A DNA stretch of 64,000 nucleotides, taken from Okamejei kenojei. Its lineage: Eukaryota. This document shows positions 53,567-62,104 of the stretch, in pieces. Where the stretch lies: positions 7,378,001 through 7,442,000 of the forward strand of contig CM069133.1 of NCBI GenBank assembly GCA_035221665.1, read 5' to 3'. Numbering within the stretch: position 1 is the stretch's first letter; every line of letters starts with the position of its first letter. Both the position numbers and the translations under genes were made by a program. The notes under the pieces are model-generated. The model searched no databases, was not told where the DNA came from, and worked only from the letters and a program-made list of their open reading frames with translations.

Positions 53567-53971
53567 CTCGGCTTGTACTCGCTAGAATTTAGAAGATTAA
53601 GGGGGGATCTTATAGAAACGTACAAAATTCTCAAGGGGTTGGACAGGCGAGGTGTTGGGGAAGTTCAGAACAAGGGGTCACAGTTTAAGGATAAGGGGGA
53701 AGTCTTTTAGGAGCGAGATGAGAAAAACATTTTTCACACAGAGAGTGGTGAATCTGTGCAATTCTCTGCCACAGAAGGTAGTTGAGGCCACTTCATTGGC
53801 TATATTTAAGAGGGAGTTAGATGTGGCCCTTGTGGCTGAAGGGATCAGGGGGTATGGAGAGAAGGCAGGTACAGGATACTGAGTTGGATGATCAGCCATG
53901 ATCATATTGAATGGCAGTGCAGGCTCGAAGGGCCGAATGGCCTGCTCCTGCACCTATTTTCTATGTTTCTC
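53567..53971 (+). mobile_element. CR1 3' fragment inserted in the VH promoter region
   Basis: TGGGA duplicated at 53562-53566 and 53972-53976; CR1 3'UTR and TTCTATGTTTCT tail. Confidence 0.92.
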
Positions 53972-54154
53972 TGGGAGCCGTGTGTCGGCTCCGCCCGCTG
54001 CACCACTCGGTTTACAGGCCCTGCCCACAGTCACGCCCTCTTTTGCCGGGTATTTAATGCTCTCTGAGAGGGTCCGAAATCCAACTTCCTTGCAGTTGGC
54101 TTGTTGCGAGCTTCTTCTGTCCAGAAACAAACCGGGGTCACACTTCCCAGCGGG
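53972..54154 (+). promoter_or_regulatory. VH proximal promoter and 5'UTR, octamer-less
   Basis: GC box CCGCCC 53991-53996, TATA-like TATTTAA 54051-54057, ETS-like ACTTCC motifs; no ATGCAAAT/ATTTGCAT, as is known for cartilaginous-fish VH promoters. Confidence 0.6.
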
Positions 54155-54200
54155 ATGAGGTCGGCGGTTTCACTGAGTCTGTTCCTGGCGTTAATAGTCC
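54155..54200 (+). CDS. IGHV: Ig heavy-chain leader exon (MRSAVSLSLFLALIV)
   Basis: Hydrophobic signal peptide, 46-nt exon, GTGAGT donor at 54201, phase-1 intron ending TTGCAG at 54374. Confidence 0.95.
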
Positions 54201-54374
54201 GTGAGTAATGAGTTGGACAAATTCCTCACGCAAGTTTCTCAGTGGTATATCCACTCCACCGTTCCCCTTCTACCCACTCCAGCACCCTCCCAATTTATTT
54301 CCTCTTGATAATTAGAGTCGGGGATTAATGGTCAATATTTTATCCTCACCATTCATGCCTTTTATAACTTGCAG

Positions 54375-54676
54375 GTGTCCATTCCGATGTCGTTCTAACT
54401 CAGCCCAAGACAGCGAGCGCCCGGCCTGGAGGCTCCATCACACTGGAATGTAAAACCAGCGGGTTCACTCTTAGCAGCTACGCTATGTATTTGGTCCGTC
54501 AGGTCCCCGGGCAGGGGCTGGAGTGGCTGATTTACTACTACAGTCCTACTAGCAAGTACTTCGCTCCGGGGATAGAGAGCCGATTTACTCCGTCCAAAGA
54601 CAATTCGAATAATAAGTTCACCGTGACCGTCAGGGACCTGAGGATCGAAGACACCGCTGTCTATTACTGTGCGAGA
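54375..54676 (+). CDS. IGHV: Ig heavy-chain V segment (IgM-type), germline
   Basis: (R)VHS-DVVLTQPKTASARPGGSITLECKTSGFTLSSYAMYLVRQVPGQGLEWLIYYYSPTSKYFAPGIESRFTPSKDNSNNKFTVTVRDLRIEDTAVYYCAR; both cysteines present, open frame. Confidence 0.98.
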
Positions 54677-54715
54677 CACAGTGTGGGGATTCAGTGACAG
54701 ACCCGTACAAGAGCG
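54677..54715 (+). other. VH 23-RSS
   Basis: CACAGTG, 23-bp spacer, nonamer ACAAGAGCG (3 mismatches to ACAAAAACC). Confidence 0.92.
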
Positions 54716-55062
54716 GCACGTTGGGAAGTCCAGCTTTTACCATCAAAGACCAGAGGTGAGCATTTTTTTCAACAGCTATAATAACATTCGGAAAATGGAG
54801 CGCAAACTACCATTCGCAAATCCAACACGATATTCACAAATGTAACCAGCGCATTCAAGTGAGATTTATTTGTTCTTTCCTCACTCGTACCGCCAGACTT
54901 GTGTACAATCATAGACCACGAGAATATGCTCATTCCATTACGCAAGTGAGATGCAGGGAGATAGTTGGTGTTATGTTTACTATGTTCTCTGTGAACTGCT
55001 GGTCGATTTAAAATCGTGTCGAAGGCCATTTCAAATGAAACCTGAGTGTGAACTGTATGGGA

Positions 55063-55140
55063 GGTTTTTGTGCGGGTGTGTCTCACTGTGTATACAGTGG
55101 GTCACGGTGCTGCAAACGGCGACTTCCCCGTACAAAAACC
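55063..55140 (+). other. IGHD: D1 segment TATACAGTGGGT (55091-55102) with 5' 12-RSS and 3' 22-RSS
   Basis: GGTTTTTGT-12-CACTGTG [D] CACGGTG-22-ACAAAAACC. Confidence 0.97.
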
Positions 55141-55389
55141 TGGACACCTAGTTTTCTCCTGTTCGAACCTACAAGCACAGCTGGAGAGCCGAGTGAAGCA
55201 AATTCAAATGAAAGTTCACTGCTTAAAGTTACATGGATTGTTTTGAGAAATGTCCAACTGTCTTCCAACCAATTAACGTTATTTTATGTGAGCTTTGGAA
55301 GAACACCGTTTAGCTTTAAAAGTGACAGCGAAGAGTACCCGGGGACATATCCTCTGTGATCAGTGCATGCATCAGATTTTGAAGAGTGA

Positions 55390-55453
55390 AGTATTTGACA
55401 TGGTGTGTTTCACTGTGTATACTGGCACAGCGGTTCATACCAATGCAAAAACA
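55390..55453 (+). other. IGHD: D2 segment TATACTGG (55418-55425) with 12/12 RSS
   Basis: AGTATTTGA-12-CACTGTG [D] CACAGCG-12-GCAAAAACA. Confidence 0.95.
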
Positions 55454-55780
55454 TCCACAACACATAATACCGTGGGCTGGGTCAGTATATGCTATTTTCA
55501 ATTTAATATATCATACTACAGGAGTATAAACATGTCCAGGAATATTTTAGCACGTTTTATTGTATAGGCAACTTGTGATAATTTATATTTTACATGTAAA
55601 TTATTGTAATCACATTTCGCTGCCCTGTAAAATACACGGCACCTTGGCACCTGATTATTGTTGGAAATTATATTTTTAACGCATTCATTATTTTCAAAGA
55701 GCAATAAGGCATTCGCCTTTGGTGCGAAATACAAATACTTACAGGAATTGTATTCTTTTTTGCCTGCCTGGTGCAGATCA

Positions 55781-55819
55781 TGTTATTGTGTGAAGAAACC
55801 CATAGAATGTAACACCGTG
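55781..55819 (+). other. JH 23-RSS
   Basis: TGTTATTGT-23-CACCGTG. Confidence 0.92.
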
Positions 55820-55867
55820 ACTATCTTGGCTACTGGGGCGGAGGCACCATGTTGACCGTAACCAACG
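55820..55867 (+). CDS. IGHJ: JH segment (YLGYWGGGTMLTVTN)
   Basis: WGxG motif, GTAAGA donor at 55868, phase 1. Confidence 0.97.
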
Positions 55868-57600
55868 GTAAGAAACTTCATCCTATTCAGTCTCTAGATA
55901 TATCCAGTTGTAGTTTTAATATATATTTCCAATAATTGTCTTCTGCATTAATTACCCATTCATTGCAATGTTGATCGATGTTGCTTTAGAATGTCATGTG
56001 ATTTAGCTGCAGTGAGATTCCCGAATTAAACTTGCCTTATGTGCTATGACTTCGATCCTTTGACGATGGAACGGATGTGATTTAGTTCCTAATTAGTCGA
56101 AAAATGTGCTTGAATTTGCCTTCACCATGCTTTCAAATTGTTTGAGATTGCTGTGGTCCTAGATCAGCGATGCATCTAACTGTGTTTTCTGATCAACAGC
56201 AGATACTTTGTCTCAGTTTGTTTGTTCTCGGCGCATAGAACCACAGAAAGGGATTAATCCTGGGTGTAAAATGTTCAAGTTTTGTATTTAAGAAGTGTAT
56301 GTATTAATTGGTGGAATCGCATTGCCACCTTTAATCCAATCGCTAACAAAACTTGCATTGAAGAAGTAACGTTTTCTTGGAAAAAACACAGAAGTGCAAA
56401 GTTCTTTCAGGGTACTCAAGGCGGTGTGTCTCCAAATCGTGGAAGCATTGGTAATCACTTTCCAATGTCCTATAGATTTTGGATCAGTTCCTGTGGATTG
56501 AGGATAGATAATGTAATCCCACTTTTCAATAAAGGAGGGAGAGAGAAAACGGGGAATGACAGAGCAGTTGACCTGGCATCGGTATTGGGGAAGATGCTGG
56601 AGTCGATTAGCAAATAAGCATTTGGTTAGCAGTAACAGGATCTATCTATTGTCTATGTATTGGTGTTGTCCATTTGTTATTATGTTATTCATTATGATTC
56701 AACAATGATTGGCTCGGTGGTCTTTGGACCAATGAGTTTCGGTGGTCTATGGACAGAGATGTTTGGATTTTTGTGAAGAGTTTCAGTAAATGTGTGTTGT
56801 GCGATGCAGCCCATCGGCGGTAGCATTCAGCTGGTCATTGCGGGAGACGGTATTGTTGCACAATTGGACGTTTTTGTATGTTCAATTCGAATGGCAACGA
56901 CCGGGTATTGCTGTCGGATTAGGTTATTTCAATAAACGCAATGAAGATGTATGTTTAAAAATAAAAATAAGAAGAAATTGATGTAAATTGATAAGACCAA
57001 TAAATTCTGCAAACACTTAAAGGGTCACGCAACCTGTGGCGAAAGTCAAATCTCAGGCAGGGGACCAGAAAGTTGGTAGCGCCAGAGAACCGACTTCGTT
57101 TCCGAAATCGGTGGCAGACTGTGCAGGTTTGCAGGTTCGTTGAGCTGTGTGATTGTCCCTGGTGTGTCAGGGGTGGATGCGATAGTGCTATAACGTAGAA
57201 CGTGTGTGTCGCCGTGGATTCGGTTGGCAGAAAGATCTATTTCTTTGCTACTTCTCTAATCTTAACTGAATTTGCCATGAATTGGTCATCCAAGTATCGT
57301 TGACCTGGAAATATATTGGTTTTCTCTTTCCACAAGTGCTGCCCAACCCGATGACCCATGTCTCTATTTTCTGTTAAATATCACGAGTTTACCTATTTGG
57401 AAAATACGTTGAATGTCAAATGGGGAAATTTCGGAACGGCTGTAGTATTTAAATAATTTTTAATCCACGCATTTATTAGAAAGACAATTTGAATTCATTT
57501 TTGTCTATGGCGCCCAATGTCATTTAAACATAACGTTCCTCTATTTACTAAATTGCTAATGAAAAATGTAATTTACGAATAGTTACGGTTTAAAAAAAAA

Positions 57601-58860
57601 GAAAATTGGGGAAATGAAGTGGAATGTTGGAAACGAAATGTTCTGCTATTTTAACTATAGAACAGGGTATCCTACTAATCCTTGAATAGAATCAGAATTT
57701 AAATCGATGGCTCAAAGGAGGGTTTGAGTGACGTTCAAAATTACATTTGCATTTAATTAGCAACTGCGCATTTTCACTTTTAAAAGTAAACTTCCTCTAT
57801 ATGAATTAAATACTTTTGGGGTTGAAGTCACGAAGCAAACTTAGATTTTTTTTTCATAGATTGCAGATTGTAATTTATGATGGGTATATTTTTTTTATTC
57901 GTTTCCTATCAGACAGTGATACAACGTTAATCAGTCGTTCTTCAGTGCCGATGATATTGTAAACGTAAACTCGTTTTAAAGATGCTGGAAACGGAACTGA
58001 GCGTCATTGCAAAAACATTAATTTTCATTTGATTATTATTGAACCCATTAAGGGACAGTCCATTGCAATGGTGCACACAGACAAACATTTGAAACCTGTG
58101 CCAATTGATTTAATTAACATGTATTAACATGTTCTTACAATTTATATGCTACATTTAGTCTCCAGATGTTGCAGATAACGTTTATTAATTTAGACATTAT
58201 ATTGAGAGAGTTAATTAAAATCTTTACCAATGCAATCTCTTACATATTTTTAATCCGGTATGAATGTAATGTTCTTATCCAATGTGGGCTGGTTTGCTTT
58301 TCGGAATTTACTTGCAATTACTGTCGGCATACAAATGATCAGGATATTTTTGTGATTGGTAGGAGGACAAAATGTGCAAAGTGACATTTTAGGTGTGTTA
58401 TTTGTCGTTAAATAACAGAGCTTCCATTTCAATCCCATCCACCTCCTTAGTTGGTTTTGTTCGATTGACACATTGTAGGGAACATCTCATGAACAAGATT
58501 GTGATTTTTTTTTATTTTTGCCTTCTCCCAATTTATGTTCGAGAGCCCGATATGGTAAACCAGTCATCTTTCCATTTTCTGTGAATTGATCGGATAGTCT
58601 CTGAACCATTTATAAAACCAAAACTCTTGTCTCCAAATCAAATGTTTTGCCATGGGCACGCTCATGGGTCCAAGCGAAACCTACCTAAATTATTTAATTT
58701 TAATTAAATTAATGCAAATGTAATTTTGAACGTCAGTCAAATCCTCCTTTGAGCCATCGATTCCAATAATCATTCTATTCAAGTATTAGTGGGATACCCT
58801 GTTCTATAATTAAAATAGCAGAACATTCCGTTTCCAACATTCCACATTTCACCAATTTCC
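57601..58860. repeat. Inverted repeat (arms ~57601-57756 and ~58708-58860) in the J-Cmu intron, each arm with a perfect octamer
   Basis: Arms align as reverse complements at roughly 90% by eye; ATTTGCAT at 57745-57752 and ATGCAAAT at 58712-58719. Confidence 0.93.
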
Positions 58861-58899
58861 ATTTGGTTGGGTACATGGAACAACCCCTGACACAGACTG

Positions 58900-59335
58900 C
58901 CCCTATCCCAGAATTCTTCCTTGTGTACCCATGGAGAACTCATGGACTTCATTAGCTACTAACTGAGACCCTACGATCAAATTCATTGGGTCCATCCCCG
59001 ACACATACCTCCACTTTGTTGATCTCACCGTCTCCATCGCAGGAGAAAGACTATCGACTGATGTAAATTGCAAATCTATGGACTCTCACAGCTGTCAGGA
59101 CTACAGCTCTTCCAGCCTTGCCTCCTGCAAACACTCTATGTCCTATTCCCAAATTCACCTGTCTCCGCGCAACTGCTACCAACATGAGTTGTTCCATACC
59201 AGAATATCCGCGGTCCTCATTCTTTAGGGAGCGGGTATTCCCCACTTTTACCATAGATGAGGCCCTCACACGTGTCCACCCTGCATCCCGTAGTTCTGCC
59301 CTTACTCCATCATCCCCAGTCACAACAAGGAGTTT
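58900..59335 (+). mobile_element. Penelope-like relic in the J-C intron
   Basis: Similar to 36980-37400 (GATCTCACCGTCTCCATC, GACTCTCACAGCT, TATTCCCAAATTC). Confidence 0.6.
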
Positions 59336-59753
59336 GGTGAGGTTGTAACCCATACGCCAACATTAGTTATAGCCATTGAGCATTCCTGAGAAACCCTGGG
59401 AATTTTACAGTAATTAATACTGGAGGCCTATCGATATATTTCCAACTTGAGATTGTGCGTAGAGTAACTGCCAGATTACCCCAAGAAGTTTTCAGCCAAG
59501 GTGGGATCAAGGCGGAATGTTGAAGCAGCCATGATCACAACGAATGGCAGTGCTGGCTCGAATGGCCTCCTCCTGCACCTATTTTCTATGTTTCTATTTT
59601 CTATGTTGAACTAATAGTTTATGATACTCGGGTGAAATTTCATGAAATAGAATATTGCGTAACGAATTGCTGTATAATGATTCTTTCGCACTGAATATTT
59701 TGCAAAATGAGCGAGAGAGAGAGTTTAACATTCATGTGACCTTTGACTTGCAG

Positions 59754-60050
59754 TGGCTGATTCTGCCCCCAGCCCCTTCATTCTCTTCACCTGTGAGGAT
59801 CACGGCTCCAGTGGTTCGTTCACCTACGGTTGTTTGGCGTTGGGCTATTCCCCTGTGGGTGCCAGGGTCTCTTGGAAGAAAGATGCTACAGACCTGAAGA
59901 ATGGAGTGAAGGAATACCCGGCAGTGTTCAATAAGTTGGGAACTTACACCCGGAGCAGCGAGTTAACCATCACTGAGGCGGAGGCAGGGGGAGGCGACAT
60001 CTTCTGTGTGGTGCAGCACAACCAAAAAGAGTATAAACTGAAAGTACCAG
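59754..60050 (+). CDS. IGHM: IgM constant exon Cmu1
   Basis: (V)ADSAPSPFILFTCEDHGSSGSFTYGCLALGYSP...VSWKKD...YPAVFNKLGTYTRSSELTITE...IFCVVQH...VP; C1-set domain with an extra N-terminal Cys (expected light-chain bond); AG/GT, 297 nt. Confidence 0.95.
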
Positions 60051-60219
60051 GTTGGTGATGGGGTGCACCGCGAGGCCGAGGGTGGAGTTGGGAGTCAAGA
60101 GTGTTTTATTGTCATATGTCCCAGATAGAACAATTAAATTCTTGCTTCCTGCAGCACAACACAATATGTGAACATCATAAATAATATGATAAAACGAGAG
60201 TGAGATAGATATAGATATA

Positions 60220-60505
60220 GATTCAGGGTTATACATCTTATAGAAAGGACAGGCAGGTGGGCAGAGGAGGGGGGGTAGCTCTGCTGGTGAGGGGGAATCT
60301 TATAGAAACATATAAACATATAAAATTATAAATGGACTGGACAAGCTAGATGCAGGAAAAATGTTCCCAATGTTGGGCGAGTCCAGAACCAGGGGCCACA
60401 GTCTTGGTATAAAGGGGAGGTCGTTTAAGACTATGGAATTCCCTGCCACAGAGGGCAGTGGAGGCCAAGTCACTGGATGGATTTAAGAGAGTGTTAGAGC
60501 TAGGT
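60220..60505 (+). mobile_element. Internally deleted CR1 fragment in the Cmu1-Cmu2 intron
   Basis: Endonuclease-region DNA joined directly to C-terminal ORF2 DNA at GTGAGGGG. Confidence 0.75.
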
Positions 60506-60851
60506 TCCTAGAGGTTTTTGTCAGTCTCCCTAATGGTCGAAAGTGGTTTCTGCTTCTCTATGTCCCGGCGAACCGCACGGATACCTTGGGTGGGGCGCAA
60601 ACTCTCCAGAGGTTTCCGTTCAGGTTTTCTAAGTGGGACGGGCATTACCGAGCTATCATTTCCCCATTTACGAGCACTCGATGTACCGCGAAAAACAAAG
60701 AATTTAAGAGCATCTCTTGCAAGTCCAAGTGAGTGGGCGGCTACGTTTAAGCGGAAAACGTGATTTTTTTTTTTGTTTGTCAAAATAAAGTGTGTCAATA
60801 TTAATGGACGATTGTTTAAGAGCAATTCCAATGAAGTTTATTTTCTTTCAG

Positions 60852-61166
60852 ATCGCGTGGTACATCATCCAACCGTCACCATTACCATAAATGCCCTGGA
60901 TGAAATCAAGCGCAGCAAAAAAGCGATCGCCGTGTGTTTGGTCAATGATTTCTCCCCAGCGAAATTTACTGTGAACTGGCTGAAGAATGGAAAGCGAGTG
61001 GATTCTGGCATCGTCACCTCTCCCGCCTTCCAGGTGAATGGTAACGGTAACTTCTCGGCGACCAGCCAGTTGACATTCCCAGCTCTAGAGTGGATCGGAC
61101 ATGCCGTCTATACCTGCCAAGTCAACCATGGAAAATATATCAAAAGCCAAAATATCAGTCGGCCAG
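60852..61166 (+). CDS. IGHM: IgM constant exon Cmu2
   Basis: DRVVHHPTVTIT...AVCLVNDFSP...VNWLKNG...SGIVTSP...NFSATSQLT...EW...YTCQVNH...NISRP; AG/GT, 315 nt. Confidence 0.96.
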
Positions 61167-61668
61167 GTAAGAAATACATCCGTGGTGTGTCTCGGGTATT
61201 AGTGTAAACATCAGCGCACACGGTGGTAAAACTTCACTGACATTGTAAAAGCCCATGTGTAGGAAGAAAGTGCTGATGCTAGTTTACACCGAAAGTGGAC
61301 AGAAAATGCCGGAGTAACAGCGGGTTAGGCATCTCTAGATGCGGGTTAGGCATCTCTAGAGAAAAGGAACAGGTGACGATTCGGGTCGGGACTTCTTCCG
61401 GCTAGTATTAGTGGAGAGGGGCACTAAAGGTATGAGAATGTACAAAGAAAACGAAAGCCCATGATGCGATCTCTCATTTAATTCACTGTGTTGTTCTCTG
61501 CTCAGAGACTAGAGTCGGTTCAAGACGATTTAGGACCACAGTTCCTAGAATCACAACTCGGAAGCGATCGTGTACACATTAAAGTTCTGGGGGCGAATGA
61601 TTGGTGTAAACCGTCCATCCCGGTTACTCCTGGAAATGGTTATGTTCACATTAATTATTATGCTACAG

Positions 61669-61971
61669 ATGATGGTTCCTGCGACGAACTGAAGATTACA
61701 ATCCTTCCACCACCTGTTGAACAAGAGTTAATGGAGACGACCGTGACGTTAACCTGTCTGGTATCTGATGCACCTTACGGTATCACAGTATCTTGGAACC
61801 GCATAAAGGTGCCTTTGGCATTAGAGATCCAGTCCACAGAACATGGGGATATCGTAGAGAGCAAACTAAACATTTCGACACGTGACTGGCTGAGTGGGGA
61901 TTATTTTGAATGCGTGGTGAGCCATGTTGATATGCCGACTCCAAAAACTGAACAAATCAACTGGAAGAAAG
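61669..61971 (+). CDS. IGHM: IgM constant exon Cmu3
   Basis: DDGSCDELKITILPPPVEQELMETTVTLTCLVSDAPYGITVSW...NISTRDWLSGDYFECVVSHVDMPTP; AG/GT, 303 nt; APYG and WLSG motifs typical of shark Cmu3. Confidence 0.96.
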
Positions 61972-62104
61972 GTGAGTCGGGGTAGATGCATAGAGGTTCT
62001 GTGGGCCAGAAGTGACTGGTGCACTTTTTTTCTGAGATAAAGCTAAAATTAATGATTGAGATCACTCCGTCGGAGAAGAAATATCTATGCAAAATGAAAT
62101 ACTG

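Noticed and set aside
54665-54671. Cryptic heptamer TACTGTG at the V 3' end (VH replacement signal)
   Set aside because: Explained by the Tyr-Cys-Ala codons, and no upstream donor V exists in the window
55868-59753. Class-switch (S) region in the J-C intron
   Set aside because: No tandem AGCT/GAGCT-rich array is visible
59754-61971. IgW or IgNAR assignment
   Set aside because: YGCLA..YSP, GIVTSP, APYG and WLSG motifs match shark Cmu as I recall it, and the V has a full FR2/CDR2 and two D segments
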